Shown here one piece after another: positions 53,806-63,421 of a stretch of 64,000 bases of DNA. The position numbers were made by a program, and so were the translations under genes. Position 1 is the first letter of the stretch. Every line of letters starts with the position of its first letter. Where the stretch lies: positions 197,123 through 261,122 of the forward strand of contig CANLIC010000002.1 of NCBI GenBank assembly GCA_947491025.1, given 5' to 3'. Origin of the DNA: Myxococcales bacterium (GTDB lineage: Bacteria > Myxococcota_A > UBA9042). The notes below the pieces were generated by a model, which did no database searches, had not been told where the DNA came from, and saw nothing but the letters and a program-made list of their open reading frames with translations.

Positions 53806-54986
53806 GCGCCGGCTCCAGCCTGCAGCTCGCGCAGGCGCCTTCGCAGCCGACGTGCGTCCTCAAAGCGTCGCTTGGGCAGCTTCAAGTAGGCCTCGTACTG
53901 AACGATGGCGCCGGGCTTGTCGCCGGTGGCGTCGAGCACCTCGCCGAGGGTCATGCGTGCCAGCGGGGAGCTCGGCTCCAGCGTCGCCGCCTCGCGCAGC
54001 CGCTCGATCGCGTCGGCTTTGCGCCCGGCGAGCAGCAGCGCCCGGCCGAGCGCGACGTGGTTCTCGACCTGCGGCCTGATGCGCTCGAGGTCGGCCTCGC
54101 CCTCGACGATGGCGTCGGCGACACGTCCGACGTGGCTGAGCACAACGACGCGCAGCGCCCGGGCCTGGGCGTAGCCCGGACGGTAGACCAAGGACTTGTC
54201 GACGGCGTCGAGCGCCTGCGCCCAGCGATGGCGGGTGGTGTAGGCGAGCCCGAGATTGTAGAGCGCGCTTGCGTGGTTGGGCGCCTCTCTGAGCGCGGCG
54301 TTGTAGGCATCGATGGCGTCTGACCACTGGCCACGGCGCAAGCGGGCGTTGCCGAGGTTCACCAGCACACGCACATCTTTGGGCGCCACCTTGTGGGCCT
54401 GCTCCAGCGCGCTGAGTGCGGCCTGTTCCTCACCGTGCTCCATGAAGAGCACGCCGAGGTTGGACCAACCGCCGTAGAGCGCTGGCTGCAGCGCGACGGC
54501 CCGCTCGAGATGGGCGCGAGAGAGGTCGAATTCCCCGGCCTCCATGTGGATGAGGCCCAGATGGTAGTGCGCGGTCCAGCTCTTGGGCTCCTTCTGGACG
54601 TAGGCCTGGAGGTGCCGTTTGGCCGCCGCGACATCGCCCTCGCGCAGCGCGCGCTGGCCGTCCGCGAGTCCGTCGCGCAGCGGTTCAGCCTCGACGCCGC
54701 TGCCGATCGGCGCATTGGAAGTGGCGCGGTCTTCGTCGTAGAGCAGCGCGCCGGCGCCGCCGCAGGCGACAAGCACCGCGAGAGCGGGCAGGAGGCGTGA
54801 GGGAAGGCGCAGGCGTCGTGCCAACGTCGACGCGGGCTCAGTCGGCGGGCGGGCATACATGGCCGGCAGGCTAGTGGGTCGCGGGGCGGATCGCAACCTT
54901 GCCCTGCGAAAGGCCAGGGCGAATCGCGCGGGATCACGCGGCCGGAGTGCGCCAGCGCCGGCCACCTGCGGCCCGCCGCGAGACAC
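53802..54986 (-). CDS. Secreted tetratricopeptide-repeat protein.
   Basis: Signal and TM 'LLPALAVLVACGGAGALL', then at least seven TPR units (W-LG-Y-A-F-A-P patterns such as 'AHYHLGLIHMEAGEFDLSRAHLERAVALQP'). Confidence 0.8.
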   Translation of the reverse strand: MSRGGPQVAGAGALRPRDPARFALAFRRARLRSAPRPTSLPAMYARPPTEPASTLARRLRLPSRLLPALAVLVACGGAGALLYDEDRATSNAPIGSGVEAEPLRDGLADGQRALREGDVAAAKRHLQAYVQKEPKSWTAHYHLGLIHMEAGEFDLSRAHLERAVALQPALYGGWSNLGVLFMEHGEEQAALSALEQAHKVAPKDVRVLVNLGNARLRRGQWSDAIDAYNAALREAPNHASALYNLGLAYTTRHRWAQALDAVDKSLVYRPGYAQARALRVVVLSHVGRVADAIVEGEADLERIRPQVENHVALGRALLLAGRKADAIERLREAATLEPSSPLARMTLGEVLDATGDKPGAIVQYEAYLKLPKRRFEDARRLRRRLRELQAGAGA

Positions 54987-57900
54987 TCAAGGCGCTGGCG
55001 CAGAACCGCCAAGGGGCGCCAATTCGCCCGCGCCATCGCTGGCTTCGACGCGCAGCCCGGCGACAGCATGCCAGCGGGCGGCGCCATCCCAGCCGGTGCT
55101 GCAGAGCCAGCGGCCATCGGGCGAAAAGGCGACGGCCGACACCCGCTGGGTGTGGCTGCGCAGCACAGCGACGGGCTGGCCGGAGGGCCAGCGCAGGACG
55201 TGGACGCCGCCGGAGAGTGTCGCCACGGCCAGCAGATCACCGGTCGGCGCCAGTGCCAGGTCGAAGATGCGCTCGCCCTCGATGGCGTACGCCGGCCCCG
55301 CGCTGCCGTCCTGTAGCGAGAACGCCTGGACGAACCCAGGCTTGGCGGCGATGAGGGCGCGACGGGACGGGTCCATCTCGCAGACTTCGCCGCCCGGCAG
55401 GGTCGCGACACGGCGCATGCGCGGCATCGCGGCGCCCTCGACCTCGAAGGCCACCAAGGCGCCGTGCACGTCGACCGCGCAGGCGAGGCGTCCATCGGCG
55501 GAGGCCGCACCATCGAGCCCCGCCCCAAGCTCCTGGCCCAAGGCCTGCCACGGTGCAGCGGCGTCGGGCGGCACGACGTCGATGGACGACGAGTAGGAGA
55601 GCAGGAGGCGCCAGCCACCGGCCAGCTCGATGACGCGCCGCCGCCCGTTGATCTTGGGCTCGGGCCGCGGGCGCAAAGCGCGGTCCAGGCTCCGCAGACC
55701 CGGCTCACCGGCGAGCGCTGCGCTGAGCCGGCTGCCGTCGATGGCGAAGGCGACCGCCTTGGTCACACCCTCTGCGGCGGGCATGCCGCCGACCTCGACG
55801 CCATCGCGGGTGCGAAAGACGCGGACGCGCCCGCGCCCGTCCGCGAGGGCCAGCCGCTCGCCGTTGGGTTCAAAGGCCAGCGAGGTCAGGCCGGTTGGCG
55901 GCCCGGGCGGAAGAAGCCAGGGCGCCATCGGGCTGGGCAAGCGCAGGCGCTGCAGCTCGGCGCCGTCGCGCAGCCAGATCTCAGGCTCGATGTCGCCGCC
56001 CGGGCGCGCTGCGGCGGCGGGGACGGCAAATGCTGCGTCCTGCCCTGAGAGTCGCAGCAGGAGTGCGCCGTCTTCGACGCGGACGACGCCGACGCCCTGC
56101 TCGCCGACGACGAGGGCGTTGGGCGCGCCGCGGGCTGTGTCGAGCGCGCGCACCTGGCCGAGGCCGTAGTCGCGCTGCCAGCCCACTGGGGCGCCCGGAT
56201 CGGCTGTGAAGGTGCCGACCATGCCGTCGTGGCAGCCGATGAGCCATGTCCGGGGCGACCCCGGCAGGGCGCCTGTGGCCTCGGCGATGGCGATGGCGCC
56301 GCGGTGGGCACTGCCGAAAGGCGTCTCACGCCGACGCGCGCCGGCTGCGACAGCGAGGGCCTCGGGGGCCGCTTCGAGCGCTGTGGCCGCGATCGGCAGC
56401 TCGATCAGCGTCGCATCGCTGCAGATCACGGACAGTCCGCCGCCGTCGCGCCAGATCGCTGCCGCCATCGCGGTGCTCGTACCGCAAAGGGGCAGGTCGA
56501 TGGCGGATTCGGCGGCGGCGCGCTGCAGGCTGACGAAGCCGCCGCCGAGCCGCAACGCGGCCAAGGCGCCATGCAGGCGTGAAGGCCCCGGCTGCCACCC
56601 TGAACCGCCCATCGTCGGCAGCGCCTGCGAGCGGACGTCGCCACCCGGTCCAAGGCGCGCGACCTCGCCGCCCAACGTCGCCCAGACGCCCTCGGCGTCG
56701 AGGCGGGCGTCACGGGCATCGCTGGGATGGCGCCAGCGCACGGCGCCCTGGACGCTGAGGTCGAGCAGGGCCAGGCTACCAGCGCCACGGCAGAGCACGG
56801 CGTCGCCGGTCGCGCCTGGCTCCTCGTCGCGCGCCCACGCGAGCGCATGGCACCGCTCGGGTAGCGTCAGGGTCGCAACGACGCTCGGCCGCGCCATCGC
56901 CATCGTCGATGCCAGCACGGCGCGGCCGCGTGCGACGTCGGCAGGTGCCAGCGCGCCCGAGATCGCTAGCGCCCGCGCGGCTGGCGCCTCAGCCTCGAGC
57001 AGGCGGCCGGCCGCCAGGTGTCCCTCGGCGGCCGTCAGAAGCGCCGCACCGAGGGCCCTGTCCGCCGCAGCGCGGGCTGACGTAGCCGATGCCTCGGCCT
57101 GCAAGGCGCGGTCACGCTCGCGCTGCAGGCTGAAGAAGGCGAACGCGACGACGGCGATGAGCAACAGAAAGGCGACGGCAGCGACGCGCAGGGGCGCCCG
57201 CCAGGCCCGCATCAGCCGCTGGAGCTGCTGTCGCGGCGAGTAACGGTAGGCGGCGACGGCCCGGCCATCGACCAAAGCCTCAAGGTCCTCGAGCAAGGCG
57301 CCGGCGTCGGCGTAGCGCTCGGCGGGCGAGCGAGCGGTCGATTTGGCGAGGATCGCCTGCAGCTCGGCGGGCGCCTCATCGATGGCGCCTGCGGGCGAAA
57401 AGAGCGCCTGCAGGGTGCGGCCGAGGGCGTAGACGTCGCTGCGGGCGTCGGCGCCGGCCCCCGGGCCCGAGAGCAGCTCGGGCGCCATGTAGCCGGGGGT
57501 GCCGACCACAGCCTTGGCGGCCCGGCGGTCGACATCGTCGCGCAGGTCCAGGGCGAGGCCGAAGTCGCCGACCTGCGCGACTCCGCTCTCGTCGAGGAGC
57601 AGGTTCTCGGGCTTCAGGTCGCGGTGGATGATGCCCTGGCGGTGAGCGTGGCCGATGGCGGCGATCGCAGGCAGCAATTGCCGCAGCAGGCGCATCCGTT
57701 CGCCGAGGGTTTCCGCGGCCGAGATGGCGTCGGCGAGGGTGCGACCGGGCAGCAGGCGCATGGTGTAGAAGGGCTGGCCGGCGGCATCGAGCCCGGCGTC
57801 GTGGATGGCGACGATGCCGGGGTGATCGAGGCGCGCGGCGATTTGCGCCTCGTGCCGCAGCCTGGCCACATCTGCGACGGAGGCCGTGGCCCCGATCGCC

Positions 57901-58160
57901 AGCGACTTGCGGGCGACGCGCCGGCCGAGCCGGCCATCGGTGGCGGCGATGACTTCGCCCATGGCGCCGCGCCCGAGCAGCCCGCCGGTCTGATAGCGAT
58001 CGGCCTCGGAAAGGGCGAAGTCGTCGGGCTTGCTGTCGCCGTCTCCAGGGACGCCGCTGGCCGCTGCGTTGGCGTCGGCGCCCCAATCCCAGCCGCTGGC
58101 GGCGCGCAGCTTGGGCGCGGCGTCTTCGGGCTCGCCGTCGCGCGCCTCAGGTCCGGTCAT
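54987..58160 (-). CDS. Transmembrane Ser/Thr protein kinase with a large extracytoplasmic WD40/PQQ-like beta-propeller region.
   Basis: Start at the ATG at 58160, giving a 14-nt overlap with the upstream FHA gene. Kinase motifs 'LGRGAMGEV', 'HRDLKPENLL' and 'DFGLA'. TM helix 'VAAVAFLLLIAVVAFAFFSL'. The repeats 'AVAFSPDGRWLCSTGWDGAARW' and 'LAFEPNGERLALADGRGRVRVF' are WD-like. Confidence 0.85.
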   Translation of the reverse strand: MTGPEARDGEPEDAAPKLRAASGWDWGADANAAASGVPGDGDSKPDDFALSEADRYQTGGLLGRGAMGEVIAATDGRLGRRVARKSLAIGATASVADVARLRHEAQIAARLDHPGIVAIHDAGLDAAGQPFYTMRLLPGRTLADAISAAETLGERMRLLRQLLPAIAAIGHAHRQGIIHRDLKPENLLLDESGVAQVGDFGLALDLRDDVDRRAAKAVVGTPGYMAPELLSGPGAGADARSDVYALGRTLQALFSPAGAIDEAPAELQAILAKSTARSPAERYADAGALLEDLEALVDGRAVAAYRYSPRQQLQRLMRAWRAPLRVAAVAFLLLIAVVAFAFFSLQRERDRALQAEASATSARAAADRALGAALLTAAEGHLAAGRLLEAEAPAARALAISGALAPADVARGRAVLASTMAMARPSVVATLTLPERCHALAWARDEEPGATGDAVLCRGAGSLALLDLSVQGAVRWRHPSDARDARLDAEGVWATLGGEVARLGPGGDVRSQALPTMGGSGWQPGPSRLHGALAALRLGGGFVSLQRAAAESAIDLPLCGTSTAMAAAIWRDGGGLSVICSDATLIELPIAATALEAAPEALAVAAGARRRETPFGSAHRGAIAIAEATGALPGSPRTWLIGCHDGMVGTFTADPGAPVGWQRDYGLGQVRALDTARGAPNALVVGEQGVGVVRVEDGALLLRLSGQDAAFAVPAAAARPGGDIEPEIWLRDGAELQRLRLPSPMAPWLLPPGPPTGLTSLAFEPNGERLALADGRGRVRVFRTRDGVEVGGMPAAEGVTKAVAFAIDGSRLSAALAGEPGLRSLDRALRPRPEPKINGRRRVIELAGGWRLLLSYSSSIDVVPPDAAAPWQALGQELGAGLDGAASADGRLACAVDVHGALVAFEVEGAAMPRMRRVATLPGGEVCEMDPSRRALIAAKPGFVQAFSLQDGSAGPAYAIEGERIFDLALAPTGDLLAVATLSGGVHVLRWPSGQPVAVLRSHTQRVSAVAFSPDGRWLCSTGWDGAARWHAVAGLRVEASDGAGELAPLGGSAPAP

Positions 58161-59043
58161 CGACGGTGTCGCCGGGGTAGAGCAGCAGCTCGACCTGGCC
58201 GGTGCCGCCGGCGCGCACGAGGTCTGGGCGGATGCGCTCGTCGCGGAGTCGTCGCCGCAGTCGCGCCACGCTGACGTCCCATTTACGGCGGAGCTGGGCG
58301 CGGTCGCCCTCGTCGCGCCAGATCTCGCCGGCGACAACCTCCCAGCTGGTTGGGCCCGCCAACGTCACCAGCTCGCTCAGGATGCGGGCGCCGATGCCGT
58401 CCAATGCGCTCGGCGCCTCGCCAGCGCGGTGGATGTGGACGGTGTCGTAGGCGGCGACGATGTGGAGCTGCGCCACCAATCCGCCCTCGACGCGGGTGCC
58501 GACGCCGGCGCCCTCCAGCGAGACACCGAGCGAACGCAGCGCGAAGCCCTCGACGTCGATGACCTCGCCAGGCTCGAGATCGCGCGCAGGCTGGCCCCGG
58601 ACCTGAATGCGATAGCGCTCGCCGACGGGCCAGAGGTGGGCGGCGGCATGTTCGACGTAGCGTCCGACCAGCGAGGGCCGCGGCGAGAGCAAGAGGCTGC
58701 TGCTGCCGGCCAGGATCTGCCGCGCCAGCCCTTCGCCCTCGACCGCGAGCACGGCCTTGGGCAGCTCGACCTCCAGCACCGAGAAGAGCAGCCCCGGCGC
58801 CAGCTCGAACTCGACGCCCGGCTGCAGCACCAGGTCCTGCAAGGGCTTGCCGTCGACAGCGAACATGCCGCGCAGGCCGAGCAGGCGCAGCTCGCCGCCG
58901 CGCAGGCTGACCATGGCGTGGGCCTCGGAGACGCGGGCGTCGTCGACCATCAGCGCCGCCGACGGCATGCGGCCGATGAGGTCGCCGGCGCCGAGCACCA
59001 CCGAAGACTCGTCGGGCGCCAAGAGGCGGACCGTCGCGCGCAT
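58147..59043 (-). CDS. FHA-domain protein with a C-terminal OmpR/PhoB-type winged-helix (Trans_reg_C-like) DNA-binding domain.
   Basis: Start trimmed to the ATG at 59043, because the track ORF upstream is Ser/Arg junk overlapping the MFS gene. FHA: 'VVLGAGDLIGRMPSAALMVDDARVSEAHAMVSLRGGELRLLGLRGMFAVDGKPL'. The C-terminus 'LSELVTLAGPTSWEVVAGEIWRDEGDRAQLRRKWDVSVARLRRRLRDERIRPDLVRAGGTGQVELLL' matches the Trans_reg_C pattern. Confidence 0.65.
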   Translation of the reverse strand: MRATVRLLAPDESSVVLGAGDLIGRMPSAALMVDDARVSEAHAMVSLRGGELRLLGLRGMFAVDGKPLQDLVLQPGVEFELAPGLLFSVLEVELPKAVLAVEGEGLARQILAGSSSLLLSPRPSLVGRYVEHAAAHLWPVGERYRIQVRGQPARDLEPGEVIDVEGFALRSLGVSLEGAGVGTRVEGGLVAQLHIVAAYDTVHIHRAGEAPSALDGIGARILSELVTLAGPTSWEVVAGEIWRDEGDRAQLRRKWDVSVARLRRRLRDERIRPDLVRAGGTGQVELLLYPGDTVDDRT

Positions 59044-59056
59044 CGCCAACGCCTGC

Positions 59057-60607
59057 CTAATGGCCGCCGCCGGCGCCCTTGGGTGCTGCGTTCCACATGC
59101 GGCCGGCGAGCACGAGGCCGATGACGGCCACGGGCAACATGACCAGCGGCCAAATGAGCCAGTTCTCGACCTGCTTCGCCGCGGCCTCTTTCGGCAGCAG
59201 CCCAGCGTAGAGCAGCGCCTGCAGGCCGGAGCCGAGGTAGACGAGGCCATCGATGATGCCGACCGCGACGCCGACATTGCGCTTGCCGCCGAAGTCCATG
59301 CTCGCCGTCCCCGAGAGCATGCCGTGGACGCCGATGATGCAGAGCGACATGGCGACGACGATCCAGCCGCTGAGCCCGGTCGGGCCCTGCAGCGCGGCCC
59401 AGAGCGAGATCGCGCCGACGACCATGCCGCCATAGAGGAAGGCCGACACCGGCCCGCGCCGCGACTGGAAGAGCCTGTCCGAGATGACGCCGGCGAACAT
59501 GCCGCCGAGGATGCCGGCGACGCAGAGCATCATGCCCCAGTTGGCGAAGGCGAAATCGCCGATGTGCCCGGTCGCTTTGGCGAAAACGATGCCGTACTGC
59601 ATGATGGCCTGGCGCAGGAAGCCCGAGCAGAACTCGATGGCGGCGATGATGAGGATGACCGGGTTGGTCAGCATGCGCCGCCCGACCTCGAAAACGCCGA
59701 GCCGTGGCCCGGTGTCGCCTGACGACGCGTCGCCGGTGTCGAAGTCGAGCTGGCCGGCATCGCCGGGCGTGTCGCGCACCCACATCGTGGTCGTCACCGC
59801 CAGCACGCCGAGCAGTGTCGCCGGGATGAAGAAGACCCACCACACCTCGCGGGCGCCGGCCGCGGCTGCGCCAATGGTCGCGCCCGCGCCTGCCACGGCG
59901 ACGCTGCCTGCGCCGGCGATGAGCGGTGCGTTGTCGACGATGAGGCGTCCCCAGTCGTAGGCGAAGTAGACGCCGAGCGAGATGAGGATGCCGAAGATGC
60001 CGCCGAACACGCCCCGCTCGCGGACATGGAACCAGGCGGCGTTGACCTTGACGATGGAGACCGCCCCAAAGCTCTGGAAATACATGTTGATGGCGTAGAG
60101 CACCGAGTAGGTCGCCGCCACCTCCGGCCCCTTGTGCAGCAAGCCGAGGTTGCCGGTCAGCAGGTCCATGGTGGCCACGCCCATCAGCAGGTTCGCGATG
60201 GAGGCGCCGATGGTGGCGAAGATCATCGTCTGGCGGCCGCCGACCCTGTCCGCCAGCGGGCCGTTGATGAGGAAAGAGAAGCCGTAGACGATGGTGCCGA
60301 CGCCGAAGATCTGGGAGAAGTCCGCGATCGACATCAGATCGCCGAGCGCGTTCTTGCTGACCGTCAGGTTGTAGCGGCCCATGTAGAGGAAGGAGTAGGC
60401 GAGGCCGAGCGGTAGCCAGTTGAAGCGGCGGCGGACGATGAACGCGGGGCTGTGGCCGAGGTCGACCTTGGGCAGGCGGCCGACGATCAGGGCGATGACG
60501 ACCAGCAGCAGCACGATCGGGGCCAGTTGCTCGTACCAAATCGGGGCGGCTGGCTGGGACATGTTGGGCTCCGGCGTCGCCGCGACCGGTCGGACGAGGC
60601 GCCTCAA
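59057..60607 (-). CDS. MFS transporter (organophosphate:Pi antiporter/UhpC-GlpT-like).
   Basis: 12 predicted TM helices. 'LGLAYSFLYMGRYNLTVSKNALGD' resembles the OPA-family N-terminal signature. The overlapping ORF 58950..60635 in another frame was rejected. Confidence 0.8.
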   Translation of the reverse strand: MRRLVRPVAATPEPNMSQPAAPIWYEQLAPIVLLLVVIALIVGRLPKVDLGHSPAFIVRRRFNWLPLGLAYSFLYMGRYNLTVSKNALGDLMSIADFSQIFGVGTIVYGFSFLINGPLADRVGGRQTMIFATIGASIANLLMGVATMDLLTGNLGLLHKGPEVAATYSVLYAINMYFQSFGAVSIVKVNAAWFHVRERGVFGGIFGILISLGVYFAYDWGRLIVDNAPLIAGAGSVAVAGAGATIGAAAAGAREVWWVFFIPATLLGVLAVTTTMWVRDTPGDAGQLDFDTGDASSGDTGPRLGVFEVGRRMLTNPVILIIAAIEFCSGFLRQAIMQYGIVFAKATGHIGDFAFANWGMMLCVAGILGGMFAGVISDRLFQSRRGPVSAFLYGGMVVGAISLWAALQGPTGLSGWIVVAMSLCIIGVHGMLSGTASMDFGGKRNVGVAVGIIDGLVYLGSGLQALLYAGLLPKEAAAKQVENWLIWPLVMLPVAVIGLVLAGRMWNAAPKGAGGGH

Positions 60608-60707
60608 GGATGGACCCGCTGGGGGCGCGCGGCAAGGGCGGGGCCGGAGCTGGGCTGGGCCACGGCGCGGGAGATCGCTGTCACAGGACCGTGTGCGCGC
60701 CGAACCG

Positions 60708-61394
60708 CTAGCGCAAGCGCAGCGCCTCGCGGGCAGCGTCCGGCCGCGGCAACAGGGCCTCCTGCGTCAGCGGCCCCTCGCGCACCAGCAGCCAGTAATC
60801 CGGCAACGGCACATCGAAAGCCAATGCGTCCGTCGGGCCAACGCGAAAGATCTCCCAGCCGAGCAGCAGCTCCATCGAGCCGGCCTCGACGGCCACGAGC
60901 GGGCAACGGCCAGCGCGCGCCGGCCAGTCCCAGAGGTGGTTTCCGGCGTAGCGGTACTCGAGGTAGTGCGATCCCTGCCAGCCGCGCGGGAAGCGCAGGC
61001 CGCGCGCCGACCGCACCTCGTAGTGGCCGAACGCGAGCTGCGCCCCGGCCCCGTCGCGGCGAGGCGCAGGCGGCGAGGCCCAGCCCGTCTGCTCGACCTT
61101 GACGTTCCAGCCGCGCAGGACATCGGTCACGGGGTCGCGGTGAAAGGTCTTGCGGAAGGTGCGCCACAGCAGCGCGTGCATCCAGGCCGGCAGCGAGAGA
61201 TCGATGCCGGTGTAGCTGGTATCGGCGAGCGCATCGAGGTCGAGCGGCGCGGCGGTCTGGACGATCTCGTGCAGCGTGCGGGCGTCGGCAGCGACGAGGG
61301 CAGCGATGCGGGCGGCGCGGGCGGCGTCTGCCTGTGATGCCTGCGCGGCTGCTGCCGGCGAAGCAGACGGAGCGGCGTGGGAAGGGCCTTGCAT
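60708..61394 (-). CDS. Hypothetical protein.
   Basis: 228 aa with no recognised motif. It lies immediately downstream of the GMC oxidoreductase with a 0-nt gap. Confidence 0.4.
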   Translation of the reverse strand: MQGPSHAAPSASPAAAAQASQADAARAARIAALVAADARTLHEIVQTAAPLDLDALADTSYTGIDLSLPAWMHALLWRTFRKTFHRDPVTDVLRGWNVKVEQTGWASPPAPRRDGAGAQLAFGHYEVRSARGLRFPRGWQGSHYLEYRYAGNHLWDWPARAGRCPLVAVEAGSMELLLGWEIFRVGPTDALAFDVPLPDYWLLVREGPLTQEALLPRPDAAREALRLR

Positions 61395-62875
61395 CAGCAG
61401 ATCTCCTCGGGTGATGCCCCGGCGACGCGCGCGGCGCAGAGGGTGGCGAGCGCGGCGATGGCGATCTGCGGGTTGACGCCGGTGGAGGTCGGAAAGACAC
61501 TAGAATCAGCCACATAGAGCCCGTCGACGGCGTGATGACGGAAGTCGGGGCGCACCACGCTGGCGGCCGGGTCGCTGCCCATGCGGCAGGTCCCGAACAT
61601 GTGGGTGATCGCCGCCGAGTAGGCCATGGGCGATCGCGGTCCGGAGTGTTCGAGGGCCGCCAACTCCGCAGGATGACGGACATCGCGAGAGAAGCCGCGG
61701 ACGCCGACGTCGACGCGCTCGGCGCCGGCGGCGAGGAACATGCGGCCCATCACCGCCGCGCCGCGTCGGAAGCTGGCGACGTCCTCGCTGCTCGGGCTCC
61801 ACTGCACGAGGGTGCGGCCGGCAACGAGGCGCACCCTGCCCTCGGCGCGCGCCCGGACGGCGACGCCCCAGTCGAGCCAATGCGCCAGCTCGGCGACCTC
61901 GGCGCTGAGGGCGCGCCCGACCCCGGCCATGCGGGCGGCGAGCACGGTGAGATCGAAGCCCAGCGTCTCGAACTTCAGGCCCTCATGGCGCAGCCCGATC
62001 ACCTCTTGGCCCTGGGTGGCGCCCTCCCACATCCGCACCGGCTCGCGGAAGTAACCGGCCGCCGACACGCCGGGATGGCACTGAAAGTGGCGACCGACCG
62101 GGCCATGACCGATGCGGCTACGCAGCAGCAGCGCTGGGGTCTGCACCGCGCTCGCCGCCAGCACGATGGCGTGGTCGGCGTGGCAGATGAACTCGCCCTC
62201 CGGGCCCCGGCAACGCACGGCGCGCGCCCTGCCCCCGACGACGTCGACCGCCAGCGCCTCGGTCTCCGTCAGCAGCCGTAGGTTCGGGCCCAGCGCTGGC
62301 GCCAACAGGGCGAGGTCGAACGAGCGCTTGCGGCCCGCCGGGCAGCCTTGCATGCAGCGGCCGAGGCCCTCGCACTCCGGGGCGTTGCGGCGAATCGGCC
62401 GGTGCTCGAGCCCGAGCGCCTCAGCGCCAGCGGCCATGAGCGCCGCCTTGCGCCCGGCGATCGCGGCGGGCGTCGGCGCGACGCCGAGCGCAGCCTCGAT
62501 GCGGTCCGTCACCGCCTCGATCGCCGCCCATGGCAGCGCCTCGTGGAGGGCCGGGTCGCGCCGCAGCCAACCTTGGTGGACGTCCTCCGGCAGCCGCCAG
62601 CAGATGGCGCCGTTGGTCGGCGAGGCGCCGCCGACCATGCGCGCCTGGATGTACGGCAAGGGTGCCCGGCCGAGGACCACCTGCGCGCCCATGCCGCGCC
62701 AGTCGCGCGCCATGCTGGAGAACGCCGGCAGCGGAAAGTCCGGCGGTTTTCGCCAAGTCCCAGCCTCTAGCACCAACACCGAGAGGCCGCGCCGCGCCAG
62801 CTCGACCGCAGCGGCGCAGCCGGCGGGGCCGCTGCCGACGACGACAACGTCGGCGCGCAGGTCGCCGGCCCTCAT
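61394..62875 (-). CDS. GMC-family FAD-dependent oxidoreductase.
   Basis: Start trimmed to the ATG at 62875, since the track ORF to 63304 has an Arg-rich leader. FAD motif 'DVVVVGSGPAGCAAAVELARRGLSVLVLEAG'. The C-terminus 'GTCRMGSDPAASVVRPDFRHHAVDGLYVADSSVFPTSTGVNPQIAIAALA' is the GMC_oxred_C region with the catalytic His. Confidence 0.85.
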   Translation of the reverse strand: MRAGDLRADVVVVGSGPAGCAAAVELARRGLSVLVLEAGTWRKPPDFPLPAFSSMARDWRGMGAQVVLGRAPLPYIQARMVGGASPTNGAICWRLPEDVHQGWLRRDPALHEALPWAAIEAVTDRIEAALGVAPTPAAIAGRKAALMAAGAEALGLEHRPIRRNAPECEGLGRCMQGCPAGRKRSFDLALLAPALGPNLRLLTETEALAVDVVGGRARAVRCRGPEGEFICHADHAIVLAASAVQTPALLLRSRIGHGPVGRHFQCHPGVSAAGYFREPVRMWEGATQGQEVIGLRHEGLKFETLGFDLTVLAARMAGVGRALSAEVAELAHWLDWGVAVRARAEGRVRLVAGRTLVQWSPSSEDVASFRRGAAVMGRMFLAAGAERVDVGVRGFSRDVRHPAELAALEHSGPRSPMAYSAAITHMFGTCRMGSDPAASVVRPDFRHHAVDGLYVADSSVFPTSTGVNPQIAIAALATLCAARVAGASPEEIC

Positions 62876-63303
62876 GGCGCGTCCGCCGGCGGCAGCGTGT
62901 CGAGTGGCGCCGCGCCGCGAAAGGCCTGCTGGCTGCGCGGATCGTCGAAGTAGGCGAGCGCGGCGACGAGGCGCAGCACCTCGATCAGTGGCGCCAGCAG
63001 CGCGCCGAGGACGGGCAGATCGCCGGCGCGGTGCAGGGCGGCGTCGCGGCGTTCGGGATCGGCGCCGCTGCCGGCACAGCCCAAGGCGCCGAGGTAGAGC
63101 ACGCCGACGATGAGCACCGCGGCGTCGAGGCCGAGGCGGAGGTGCAGCGGCGCAGCGGCGGCAAAGCGGGCCCAGAATTCGGGCCAATCGAGGGTGTCCC
63201 AATCTGGCGCGCTGGGCAGAGGGCGCGGAAGGACGGCCGCGAGCAGGCGCTCGCTGCGCGGCCTGCGCTCCAGCTTGCCCTCGCTCGCGCTGGCCAGCGT
63301 CCA
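62872..63303 (-). CDS. Possible small two-TM membrane protein translationally coupled (ATGA) to the GMC oxidoreductase. The 5' end is undefined.
   Basis: The frame is open from 63627 to 62872, but its upstream part overlaps ung and is Ser/Thr/Arg-rich. The 3' part encodes 'LGLDAAVLIVGVLYLGALGCAG ... LPVLGALLAPLIEVLRLVAALAYF'. There is no in-frame ATG after 63627, so a non-ATG start is needed. Confidence 0.3.
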   Translation of the reverse strand, partial: WTLASASEGKLERRPRSERLLAAVLPRPLPSAPDWDTLDWPEFWARFAAAAPLHLRLGLDAAVLIVGVLYLGALGCAGSGADPERRDAALHRAGDLPVLGALLAPLIEVLRLVAALAYFDDPRSQQAFRGAAPLDTLPPADAP

Positions 63304-63421
63304 CCTCCTCGTCTCGACACGGTAGTGCCGGGCGTCGGCGCTGGCGAGGGGCCTCCGCGAGCGGTCTCGATGGGGCGTAGGCCCAGGCGTGGTGGACCAG
63401 CTCGGCGTCGGCCGCGGCGGT

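Noticed and set aside
58950-60635. 561-aa ORF overlapping the MFS transporter gene in another frame.
   Set aside because: It is an Arg/Gly/Pro-rich alternate frame. The 59057..60607 frame encodes 12 TM helices with an OPA-family signature.
61394-63304. Extended 636-aa version of the GMC oxidoreductase.
   Set aside because: The N-terminal 143 codons are Arg/Pro-rich and overlap the upstream small-membrane-protein frame. The conserved FAD motif begins right after the ATG at 62875.
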